From Paramicrosporidium saccamoebae KSL3 (Eukaryota > Fungi > Cryptomycota), in the NCBI GenBank assembly GCA_002794465.1, contig MTSL01000084.1:1-20027 (forward strand): a stretch of DNA of 20,027 nucleotides. The letters run 5' to 3'. The notes below the pieces were generated by a model. The model saw nothing but the letters and a program-made list of their open reading frames with translations, ran no database searches and had not been told where the DNA came from. A program made the position numbers and the translations under genes. Shown here piece after piece: positions 1 to 9,900 of the stretch; positions within the stretch are counted from its first letter, which is position 1, and every line of letters starts with the position of its first letter.

Positions 1-182
1 CCCCCCCCCAATACTTACCAGAACACTTTGAATCAAATATCACTCACTTACCTAGCCATTACAAACACTCCCACGAAACATTCAGTCAACGTGGCTCACT
101 GCTCCTTGAATGTATACGAGTCTACCATGATTTACTAACTATCAGATCCGATAACTTTTAACACTACAATCTAGACCTCTTT

Positions 183-3100
183 TCAAGGTCTCTCCATTAC
201 TGAGAGCTCTCTTGAACGCGGTATTGGTGGTGCTTTTTCAGCTCCCATTGTGTCGGGCTTAATTAGCACTGCCGGACTCGGGATGCCACCAAACTTGCCA
301 CGATGACGCAGACTTCTCCTGACAAACTCATAGAGTACCAACGTGATGCCTGCAACAAATGGCGGGGCCAAAGCGAGGGCGGGGGGAATGTTTGTTTGAA
401 ACACTTCGTTGATCGCCGGAATATACACGACAATGGCACAGACTACCATGGCACAAAATATCCCGATATACGTCATCCGATTGACGAACAAGTCCTTTCC
501 CCACGGGTAACGATACCGGTGCTTCTGGACAAAGACATTGAACCACTGGGCAATCAAAATTGCCTGGAAATAGGCAGCTTGCAATCGGCCAAGGATGACA
601 GTTTGGTCTTCGGCCGAGGCCACTGTTCCATCTGTAAGGGTCAGCGCAGGCGAGTTGTCGGCGAAATACGTCAGGTATGATCGGTAGAGAATTCCAAATG
701 GAACCAGCTCTACCGCAAGTGTCACGACATATGCGCCCCATGCACCAAGCGCAACAATGATCCCTCCCTCCAAAAAGCTCCAAATTATCAGATCCGTATC
801 AATCAAACCCTCTCCCTTGTTGGGAAGATAGAATGCCTTGGCTGTCTTTACCAGAGCCTTTTCTAGCACGGAGGGAACCTTCCAGCTTCTAAGAAATCGG
901 CCAACTCGCCTCTCAATGGGAATCACTGTTTTGACCTCCTGTCGGGGAGGCACAGCCATGAGGTCATACTCGGGCGGCTCGCCGGCAAAGGACACTGCGG
1001 GCCCCAGTTCTGCAAATACGTCAATAAATATCAGCAGAATTGGCGATAAGGGTGGCGGGATGATTAAAAGGGCATAGACGAGGAGGGCCGTCACTTCTGC
1101 CGTTATGTGCGTCAAGGTGTACCGAATGCTTTTCTTAATGTTCTCAAAGATGAGACGCCCCTCAAAGACGCCTGCCACAATGGAGACAAAATTGTCGTCC
1201 AAAAGGATCATGTGAGCTGCGTCCTTGGATACGTCCGAGGCAGTCTTATTCATCGAAATTCCCAGGTTCGCCTTGCGGAGGGCGGGACTGTCATTCACTC
1301 CGTCTCCACTCACTGCCACAATGTGACCGGCAGCCTGAAACTGCTTCACAATCTCCAACTTGTGACGGGGCGCTGTGCGGGCAAATACAATCTCGTGCAA
1401 ATGCGACACTCTCCTCCAGTCGCTTTTTGTCATACTATCCACGTCTTCGCCGTGAATCACTGCAGCACGGACACTGGGTCGCTGCGAAATATCAGTTTCG
1501 CTGGGAGGACGACGAAACACATCAGCACACGAGATAATTCCGACTTGACGACTAATCGCCTCGGCAGTAAATGGGTGATCGCCAGTAACCATGACCACGC
1601 TGATTCCTGCATCGCGAAGACGTCCAATCGCCCATTGGACCCCAGCCTTGGGAGGATCGCGAAGACATACAAAGCCCAAAAAGTCCAAGTTGTCCAGAGG
1701 GAAATTCAATGGATCCTTTTCAAATTTAAAGCCTTGTGGAAATTGGTCAGAAGGCAGATCCTTGGTGGCCACTGCAAGAATACGGAGACCATTGCCTGCA
1801 AAATACTCATATTTTCTATTAAACTCATCTTTGAAAGCATCGTCAATGGCCACATATTCTCCATCTCTCCGGAATCGACTACACTTTTCGAGTACACGCT
1901 CAGGTGCACCCTTCAGGATGACCCGATTCTGACCCTCTACAAAACTGACAATGGCATGCCATTTTGTGGTCGAGTTGAAGGGAAGCTCGACTTCCTTGGG
2001 ATGCTCTGTAAATATTTGATCGAGATTGCGATATTTTCCCACATAGCGGAGGATTCCCACTTCGGTAGCATCCCCAAATATAGACCGTTCTTCAATGTCA
2101 TGGCCACCCTCAGTCTCATCCAGCTTGCAGGACGTACAAAGAGAGACAGAGTCTAGAAATTCGGCAATTCTGCCCACTGAAGTGTCCATTTCCTCCACAT
2201 TATTAAAGATGTGGCCATAGATCCAACCACCCACCACTGCCATCTTGTTCTGGGTCAAGGTGCCAGTCTTGTCCGTGGCGAGGAGGGTCATGGCCCCGAG
2301 AGTCTCCACGCTCCGAAGCTCCTTGACCAGGACATTTCGGGCAGCCATTCGTTTTGCCGCAGAGGTAAGCAGAATGGTCATGGTAGCCGGGAGACCTTGT
2401 GGTAGAAAGGACACGAAAATTCCCACCGCGGCATCAATTACATCGGTGACGTGCAGACCTAAACTAAACCCCAGGATCAATGCCAAGATGCCAAAGAGCA
2501 AGGCTGCTGCAACAAGTCTCCGAATAAAAATGGTCATTTCGTGTTCGAGTTGGCTGGGGCGCTTTGGCTCTGTAACAGCGTACTTGGCAAGCCTCCCAAT
2601 CACAGTGTCTGGGCCGACACGAACCACAAGGCCTACAGCCTCGCCTGAAACCATTATTGTTCCGCTGAACAGCAAGTTGTTGGCCTCGAGTGCATCAGTA
2701 TCACTACAGGCAGAATTTCGTTCCTGCGGCTCCGACTCGCCAGTCAACGAAGAATTGTCCACGCGGACATTGTCTGACCAGATGATGCGAGCATCTGCCG
2801 GGACCTTGTTTCCCGTCTTTAATATGATCAGATCACCGACAACGAGCAGTGCCGCCGAAATGTCCTTAAGCTGTCCCTCACGTAGCACGAGGGTAGTCGA
2901 AGGGACAAGACTAAGGAATCCTTCCAAGGTTTTTGCACTCGAGTAGACTTGCCAAAACTCCAAGGCAGCATTGAAAAAGGCCACTGCCCAAAATATCAGA
3001 CCCGTATACAAATTGATCCAGAGATTAGAGTCAATGAGAAACACAATAATTGAAAGGGACCCACAAACCATCAGCACAAGACTAAAAAGATTTGCCATCT

Positions 3101-3429
3101 GCTTCAAATATTGGACAACAAGTGGCGGATGTTTTGGAGTGGGGAGGATATTTGCCCCTTTGGCCTCTCTTGATTTTTTTATTTCCGACTCTGATAATCC
3201 CTGTCAAGTTAGTGACGGCTCCAATGTACAGGCCCTTTTCGAGGATCGGCGGGATTAAAAATGGGCCCAAACTTTTCCACCAGCTCATCCAGCTCACGCA
3301 AGTGTTCATCCTACAATTTAGTTAATTGTACAAGCGACCTACAATGGTCACAGGGGGAAGGGCGGGAGTAATGACCGAGGTCCTTGATGTTCCCACGCTA
3401 CTTCCACGAAACTCGCTTCTCCTGGGCAT
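183..3429 (-). CDS. P-type ATPase, type P2C-like (Na+,K+/H+,K+-ATPase alpha-subunit family); model complement(join(183..3200,3230..3310,3343..3429)), ~1061 aa
   Basis: Motifs TGES, DKTGTLT, KGAPER, DPPK, MVTGDHP and GDGVNDSPALRKA, with about 10 hydrophobic segments. The tracked ORF starts at a TTG (Leu). Removing two GT-AG introns restores the N-terminus MPRRSEF...PVTI|DEHLRELDELVEKFG...RKGP|GLSESE...GANILPTPK, typical of P2 ATPases. Confidence 0.95.
3201..3229 (-). other. 29-nt spliceosomal intron (ATPase intron 2, phase 0)
   Basis: GTACATTGGAGCCGTCACTAACTTGACAG has a GT donor, CACTAAC branch point and CAG acceptor. Removal joins the frames and eliminates a stop. Confidence 0.9.
3311..3342 (-). 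other. 32-nt spliceosomal intron (ATPase intron 1, phase 0)
   Basis: GTAGGTCGCTTGTACAATTAACTAAATTGTAG has a GTAGGT donor, ACTAA branch and TAG acceptor. Removal gives TI|DEH, as in P2C N-termini, and links to the ATG at 3429. Confidence 0.85.
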
Positions 3430-3563
3430 TTATTCGATAACTAATGACTGGTCTCTTAAACATTGTCCCAAATTGGCCATAGTGATTAGTGTTATGGTGA
3501 GTGTTGGTGTGGTGGATGGGTTCCGGGATATTATATGTAATATACAACTCGCCCGGATAAAGT

Positions 3564-3639
3564 TGTCGCGTAGTATGGATACACATCCCACTGTCCTCAA
3601 ATATCCAGCTAATCAATCCCCTACCTACCTACGCCACAA
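3564..3639 (+). repeat. Dispersed repeat, copy A (partner at 18763..18901)
   Basis: tagtatggatacacatcccactgtcctcaaatatccagctaatcaatccccta matches 18835..18887 with 5 mismatches in 53 nt. The left flank tgtcgcgtagt is also shared. Confidence 0.9.
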
Positions 3640-3697
3640 AGTCATCCCAATGGATAAAACTCATCCAGATACAGATACAGATACCTTTATTGAACCG

Positions 3698-4600
3698 TTA
3701 GATTTGGAGTCCCAAGGCCATTAGAATAGCAACCATGGCGGCAAAGGCTGATGGACCATACACATTCACACCATTAGAGTTGGAGGAGCCCTGACCAGCA
3801 ACTGCGGCATCGCCAGCATTCGGGTCCGCTGGTGCTCCAGCGGCACCAGGAACAGCAACAGCGCCGCCGGAAAGGGGACCGAGATCAATAGAGTCATCGG
3901 CTCCCTTCAGCGGTTCCTTGTTCTTGGACATGTCACCCAAGCCAAGACACTCGTCGAGCTTCACCAACTTGTATCCGCTCGACTTGATTTGGTCAATAAT
4001 TTGACCAGCAACACCAACCGATTGCTGAACACCATCGTGTTGCACCGAGATGAAGGATCCTGCTCCCTTTCCTTGCAGAGACAAGGCAAGCTTGACAGCA
4101 GATCTGGTACGCTCACCATCGTTGTTGTAGTCATAAGTCTCCAAGTTGTGGGTGGTGGCAATCAAGCCAGTGGATTCGATGGCTGCCAACACGCGATCGT
4201 CATAGCCATTGTAGGGGAGACGGACAAACTTGGGGACATAGCCGGTGAAGGATGCCAAGACGTTGGCCTGACGAGCAACACCTGCTCTAATCTGCTCATC
4301 GCTCATGTTAAAGAGATTCCAGTCGGATTCTGTGCGGAGTCCAATCAAGTGGCCAGCCCCTGAGATGCGTTGGATCATGGCCTGGATGTTAGGATCGGTC
4401 AGGTACTTTGTGGTAATGTGGAAGGTGACCTTTACATTCTTGGAAGCCAAAGTGTCGAGCAGTTGAGGAGTGTACTGGGCGGGTCCATCATCCCAAGTCA
4501 TGGCGTACATTCCCCGCTGTGTGCACTGGTTCACCAATTTGGCGTCAGCCATCTGGAGGGCCGCAGTGGAGAGGAGGAGAAAGAGGGCGTTGGCGTGCAT
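3698..4600 (-). CDS. Polysaccharide/chitin deacetylase-like protein (CE4, NodB domain), secreted, probable GPI anchor, 300 aa; probably catalytically inactive
   Basis: Signal peptide MHANALFLLLSTAALQMADA, motif 1 TWDDGP, motif 3 RLPY, motif 5 VQHD, flanking Cys pair (NQCT...DECL), Ala/Gly/Pro linker and hydrophobic C-terminal tail. The tracked start at 4699 is a GTG; the first ATG is at 4600. Confidence 0.9.
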   Translation of the reverse strand: MHANALFLLLSTAALQMADAKLVNQCTQRGMYAMTWDDGPAQYTPQLLDTLASKNVKVTFHITTKYLTDPNIQAMIQRISGAGHLIGLRTESDWNLFNMSDEQIRAGVARQANVLASFTGYVPKFVRLPYNGYDDRVLAAIESTGLIATTHNLETYDYNNDGERTRSAVKLALSLQGKGAGSFISVQHDGVQQSVGVAGQIIDQIKSSGYKLVKLDECLGLGDMSKNKEPLKGADDSIDLGPLSGGAVAVPGAAGAPADPNAGDAAVAGQGSSNSNGVNVYGPSAFAAMVAILMALGLQI

Positions 4601-4763
4601 GGCGCTGTTGTCAGCTATTGCCCTGTTCCACACAACAAACCCACATTTATACCATCCCAATGCGTCGCTCAGCAACCACCTCGGGTGATCAACAAACACA
4701 TCAAAGCATAAAAGTATTTAATTTAACGTTCTTTTCACTGGGCTGCAATACAAATCGACAAGG

Positions 4764-5866
4764 TCAAGGCTGCTGAGGCGGTGGTTTGGCGGCGCCGGGT
4801 GTCGACGACGAATCCACACACGATTCTGCATGACCTGCCAAACTCCGATCTCCAGGGCTGACGGGATTCTGATTGCTCGACGGCACGGGATTTGACACAG
4901 CGCCGGCAGCTGATGTTGTACCCGGCCAGTATCCTGCTGCCAAGGCTGCATTATATTGGGCTGCATATGCAGGATAGTGTGCCGCATTCAGGAACGCAGC
5001 CGATGCCGCCGAGCTGCTCTGTCCAGTGGGATATTGGAAGCCAGCCAGTCCCGCCATTGCTGCCGCATAATTGACAGGAATTCCAGACGCCTGTCCACTG
5101 GTGCTTGACCGTTCTTCATATACACTCTCTTTTCCATTGTCATCTCCGCTCTCATAGTTATTCGACACCTAAAGGATCACCTCTACCATCCCAGGATACC
5201 TGGTATTCAGGCGCTGGAATGTCGGGGGCATTGAGACAAGCCTGGATTAGATTCTTTCCCTCGGGTTTGGTGATGAGAGGTTGTAGTTTGGGCGTGGCAA
5301 AGGTATAGACATGGCCCGTCTCAGAGGCCACTAAGAGTAGCACCTGAGTGCCCGTCAGGGTGGACAGTTCATAGGCCTACAACTGATTAGAGAATCCCAC
5401 CGATTACCTTCTTCATAATGCCCGCTTTGCGTTTGCTAAACGTAATGTGTCGTCGGCTCTTGTCGTCAATGTACTCGATGCGGATTTTCCGGCGTCCAGT
5501 CCGCTTCTCCCCCCGCGGAGCCTCGTCCTCCGAGTCGTCATTGTCGTCGTCGTGCTTTCCCCCGAGCATCCCCGCAGACATGAGCGAGTCTCGCCGGCCC
5601 GGCATGTTGGGCGACAACAAGTGGTGTGTGCCAACTCCCAGCATGGCAGCGTTTTCCTTATCAGAGCTATCCAGCAGCTGTCCCGCCGTCATTCCTCCAA
5701 ACGGTGTGTTTGCGGCATGCTCCGAGCGGCGCAGATGGGCCATTCCTACCGACTGGGCTGCCGACATGTTGCCTGCGCCGCCACCGGGCTTGCATAGTCT
5801 CTCGTCATCTGTGCGATTATCCATGGTCATGTACTGCACAGTGAGTCCCACATTCGGATTATACAT
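4764..5866 (-). CDS. MCM1: SRF-type MADS-box transcription factor (MCM1/SRF); complement(join(4764..5168,5200..5376,5408..5866)), ~346 aa
   Basis: Splicing gives RTGRRKIRIEYIDDKSRRHITFSKRKAGIMKK|AYELSTLTGTQVLLLVASETGHVYTFATPKLQPLITKPEGKNLIQACLNAPD, the canonical SRF/Mcm1 MADS+SAM domain, followed by an A/Q/P/Y-rich tail. The start codon could instead be a downstream Met. Confidence 0.95.
5169..5199 (-). other. 31-nt intron (MADS intron 2, phase 0)
   Basis: GTATCCTGGGATGGTAGAGGTGATCCTTTAG. Removal joins ...EYQ|VSNNYE in frame. It has no canonical CTAA branch point. Confidence 0.75.
5377..5407 (-). other. 31-nt intron (MADS intron 1, phase 0)
   Basis: GTAATCGGTGGGATTCTCTAATCAGTTGTAG with a CTAAT branch. 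Removal restores the invariant GIMKK|AYEL. Confidence 0.95.
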
Positions 5867-6086
5867 TGATGGGCAGATTGTCGTATTTGGTTTCGTTGGT
5901 GTCTTAACTACAGTGAATCTTAATATTAGACGAGATGCAGTGTCGGGGTCATACTCAGAAGAGGCTGTTGATAGTCCAGGTGGTCCAAAGTTATCACTGA
6001 ACGATATCTCTAAAAACGGCTGTTTAAATTGCCTCTTTATGGAGCGCTGAGCTTGTTCCGACCAATTTGTCCGCCCGCGGCTAATC

Positions 6087-6100
6087 TTCCCAATCAGGAA
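6087..6100. promoter_or_regulatory. Mcm1/SRF-like site TTCC-CAATCA-GGAA overlapping a CCAAT box, upstream of the MADS gene
   Basis: Inverted TTCC/GGAA flanks around CC-N6-GG, about 220 nt upstream of the ATG at 5866. It resembles yeast Mcm1 ECB/P-box sites. Confidence 0.4.
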
Positions 6101-6271
6101 GGTCCCCGGTCGCGTTAATTGCTGCCGGTTTATTAAAATTGACTTGATCAGTGTGGGGAGTGTAATACGATGATATGTATTGATGCGTGTTGACTAGTTT
6201 GCGTTAGTGTCGGTTGATGTATGTTGACAAGGTCATGATGGAGAGTTTATTTCGAGCAATTTGTGATAAAT

Positions 6272-6406
6272 TGTCATGACAAGCCACTTTTATGATAAAT
6301 CACCATGACAAACCACTTATAAAGCACCATGACAAACTACTTATAAAGTACCATGACAAACTACTTTTATGATAATGCACCACGACAAACTACTTTTATT
6401 ATAAAC
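6272..6406 (+). repeat. Tandem array of five 24/29-bp units (29-24-24-29-29), consensus caccatgacaaactactt(ttatg)ataaag
   Basis: Units start at 6272, 6301, 6325, 6349 and 6378. The perfect palindrome TTGTCATGACAA lies at 6271..6282. Confidence 0.92.
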
Positions 6407-6415
6407 CTCAACTTG

Positions 6416-6936
6416 CTACAGATTCTTCGTACTCACCACATTTAATATGTATTCGGAGACTCTTGTTTGTTCAACAGGAACTTTGTACATTTTACGCAGA
6501 GCCGTCATGTCGGGCTGATATTGTACATTGTCGTCAATGATTATATTCTTTTCCGATTTCAAGACTTGTTTAATCTGCACATTAGCCACATCATAACTTG
6601 GCATACCTGTTCAGCCGGCACGTCGAAAGCGACTATGGCAACTCGGCTAGAATCCTGGTTGAGGCCAAAGGTCTTGAGAGATTCAGCAACATTAGTGGAC
6701 CCTGATATCCGATAGAGGAGTTCCGTAGAGAGGCTCTTTGTAAGCATTTTGCCATCTCGCTCGGCCACCAAGCAGACACAGGCAGCGGTAGCCAACTGGC
6801 GTTCTCCAGTAACATACCGTGCATCAATCATTGCAAATGGCCAACTTGGCAATTTTAATTTCAACTCTTCTGCATTTTGGACGCTAGCAGTCAGGACTCC
6901 TATGCATCTCCCTTCAAACGGTTCAAGAACAACCAT
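6416..6936 (-). CDS. CGI121: KEOPS/EKC complex subunit CGI121 (TPRKB); complement(join(6416..6574,6607..6936)), 162 aa
   Basis: VQNAEELK...AMIDARYV...QLATAA...GKMLTKSLSTELLYRISGSTNVAESLKTFG and C-terminal LRKMYKV match the CGI121 family pattern. The two tracked ORFs are joined by one intron. Confidence 0.87.
6575..6606 (-). other. 32-nt intron (CGI121, phase 0)
   Basis: GTATGCCAAGTTATGATGTGGCTAATGTGCAG has a GTATGC donor, GCTAAT branch and CAG acceptor, giving the in-frame join PAEQ|IKQV. Confidence 0.9.
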
Positions 6937-6970
6937 TTTTTGTCACAATTAATCGTTTCTCATTGGCCCC
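6937..6970. promoter_or_regulatory. 34-bp divergent intergenic spacer between CGI121 and LTN1
   Basis: ATGs at 6936 (-) and 6971 (+). Contains ATTGG (CCAAT on the minus strand) at 6962..6966 and an AT-rich stretch. Confidence 0.7.
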
Positions 6971-9900
6971 ATGACTGACAAGGTCGGCCGAGTCATATTC
7001 AATCCTTTCGACGTGGTCGAGGATGCATCAATCTCACTAGAGGACCTACCGTCAAATGTTCGGCTAATCTTCAAAATGCTCTTGAAGAAGGATCTCGCTA
7101 CCCGCACTCGTGGTCTCGTGGAACTGCGTGCCTGGCTGTCTGCTTGCAAGCACGAGGAGGATTTCGTGGTAGCGCGGCCTCAATTCGTACCCTTTCCATC
7201 ACGCTGTCTAATTATTTTAGGTAAAGGTATACAGCATCTGTGTCATAGACCCTGAGAGACAGGTCCGGGAACTTGCACATTCCTGTTTAGAGGCGCTCGT
7301 GAGGAATAACAAGCGGTGGGTGTCACCTATTATAAAGTCGCTCTTTTATCCGTGGTTTGGGGGACTGCTGGATTCTGTCGGTTCGGTGGCCATTGTAGCT
7401 GAAACTGCGTTCAACGCATGCTTCGGGCCAGACAAAAAGGCAAATGTCTTCCAAGTCGCAACGCCCATTATAGTCCAGGAGGCCTGTGCCGTACTGTCGA
7501 ATCGAAATCAAACAAAGTCGGACGAAGAACTTGAACGTGCCTACGAAGTGACACATGCCTACAACGCAGTGTCGCTGTTACTGGCAGAGTCCCAAGCTGC
7601 CGACTATGCGGCTGAATTGACCACTATTGCAAACTATGGACTGCGTGATGCTGCCGAGCACCAAGATTCCTTTGTTAGAGCCTCCATCTATCGATTTGCC
7701 CGCAGTCTTATTGAACGTTCAGCGTCTGCTTTAGTTTCCTGGGGTCCATTAGTTGACATTGCAATTTTAGACTTGCGTACATCAAATGCCTCTTTGGCAA
7801 TTCCGTTCATCCGTCTATCGACGCTGGACAGGCGACATGTCGAAAAATTGTGTACTCTGTTAGCGCAATCCTTGCCGACCCAAGTCCCTAAATCATCCAT
7901 TCCCGACATTGCAAGCATCTTGCAATCCTGTGACATTGCTGAAAAGGCCCAAATAACAAAGTGCATTTGGGCAGTAGTCTTGGGATACAAGTCGCTAGAC
8001 ACGTCCAGACTTGCGTCCATTTGGAATTTGTATCTCCACTGCGTCCTGCACCTTCCAGAGACTACTCCCTTGCTTAATGACGCTTGGGCCTATTGCATCG
8101 CGGCGAATCCTCAAATCAGTTCCATTAGAAGTTTTGCGCTTCACTGTTTCGCCGAGACGCATCCCTTTGCATTGCACGATTTAGTGGCCAGTTATTTTAA
8201 TTCCAAAAGTGCTAGTCCAAAAGAAAAGATTGCATTATCGCTTCAACTGCCTGCAAGTTTAGACTTGACCGAATCAATGGACATTTTGATGGACGTCTTT
8301 TCTTGTTCTCCATGTGAAGAACAATTTTTGACGATAAAATCAATTATCCAATCTACGGCTCCTGCTGCTACGACAACTACAGACCTGTCCAAAGTGCGTA
8401 GAACCCTCTTTTCTAGCTACTTTAAATCAGTGGCTAACACAAATGAACAGCTGGAATGTCTAGTCTCGGAAATTTCACTCTCTGCGCCTACAAAACAGCA
8501 AGTGTTTCTTGATCTCATGCTGGCCGAGTCTAACACATGGCCCACTGAAGCACAGCTTACCATCTTGACACTGCTACTATCAAAGCTTAACGTTGCATCG
8601 TCGACCAAAGTTGACTGTCTAGTCGGTGTCTTGGCGTGTAAAGGAAAACATTCCCTTGTGACCATCAAAGCCGTTGCAGGTCTAGCTGCCGACATTGAGA
8701 CTACACATATAATCAACAGTTTCCGCATCCTTCCCGATGGACCTGAACGTATTGCTTCGTTGACCCCTCTTGCTGTAAAGGCTTTGGAGGAGGAAAATGT
8801 TCAATTTGCCATTGCATACTTGATTTCGGTCGCTGCCAAATTGGACTGTCAGATGAACATGTTTACCGAGAAACAATTTGAGACGACGATTAAGTGTGTG
8901 GCAACTTTACCATTATACGCAGTTTCCGATATTGTCTTGCAGTCTCTGTTACACTTCCCTTCCCTGTGGTCTCTTGCATTCGATCAAGCCATTACTCTAG
9001 ATCCCGAGTTGGTGGCTCGCATTAGGGCTCACTTGACCAGCTCAATTGGTCTCTGTTCATATCCGTTTCTGTTGGAAGAGGGGGAATTCCCCACGGCTAT
9101 CTGGAAGGAGAATACCGAGCTTATTGATCATCTGTGCAAGGTCCTGGAACATGCGACGACAATGGAGGCTATTAAGGCGACGGTCATCACCTTGGCAGTC
9201 TTTAAAGTTTGTCTTCAGGAAGAACACTTTTACTCTATCGATTCCGCTTTGACTCGTCGTGATTGTAGTCTGACATCCGTGGCTTGTCAATGGAAAGAGG
9301 ATATACTTTGTCTAGCCTTGGAACACCGAGGATTCTATTTGGTTTTTGCAAGTCAAGTCGGTGTGTGTATTGACGAGTCTCGGTTCTTGGCACTTGGATC
9401 CTTATCGTTTGGGTCGCTGGTTAACAAAGTTTCCGGTCTGCCTGAGGAATTGTCTTATGAAAAGGCACTCTTGTATATGTCCACGGATGTCGAGTGGGGC
9501 CGAGGAGAGCTATTCCAATTGCTAGCTAGCATTGTAGACTTGCCGGCCGGTCTCCAAAGCCAGGCGGTGCTTGCTCGCTTTTTAGCTCGTCATTTTTCAC
9601 ACGTAAATGGGGAATATTGGCTGAACCACTCTGACGTTATTGTAGAAATACTGCGTACAATGCTTGCTGAATGTCAAAAGGACCTTGTTCGGCATCATGT
9701 ATTCATCTCGCACTCCCTCCAGCTGGCCCGCGAGGTGTACTTGAATCAGGCCACCCGCTCAATGCTACAGGATTTATTGGAACCGATTTGGAACACTTTG
9801 AAATGTTTCGAACTGCAGAACAGAGTGGCCGTCCTGGAGAGTTTAGAGAATAACTTTGCGCAGCTGGTGGTTGCTTTGGGCCGTGCTCTAGATTCTGTAA

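Noticed and set aside
1107-2946. Long plus-strand ORFs (349 aa at 1107..2156 and 233 aa at 2245..2946)
   Set aside because: They are antisense shadows of the ATPase CDS with no recognisable motifs. The same applies to 5418..6050, 16334..17158 and the other short ORFs overlapping real genes.
3326-3724. 132-aa plus-strand ORF
   Set aside because: It overlaps ATPase exon 1 and the CE4 stop in antisense, has low-complexity content, and its similarity to ORF 18839..19027 only reflects the non-coding dispersed repeat, whose frames diverge.
4601-4699. 33-aa N-terminal extension of the CE4 ORF
   Set aside because: It starts at a GTG and would bury the signal peptide that begins at ATG 4600.
5867-6190. 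Stop-free minus-strand frame continuing ~320 nt upstream of the MADS ATG
   Set aside because: There is no in-frame ATG and no convincing splice that links an upstream ATG. It is treated as chance or 5' UTR unless ribosome profiling shows non-AUG initiation.
6967-6970. Microsporidia-type CCC motif just before the start codon
   Set aside because: Clear only for LTN1 (ccccATG); the other ten starts do not show it consistently.
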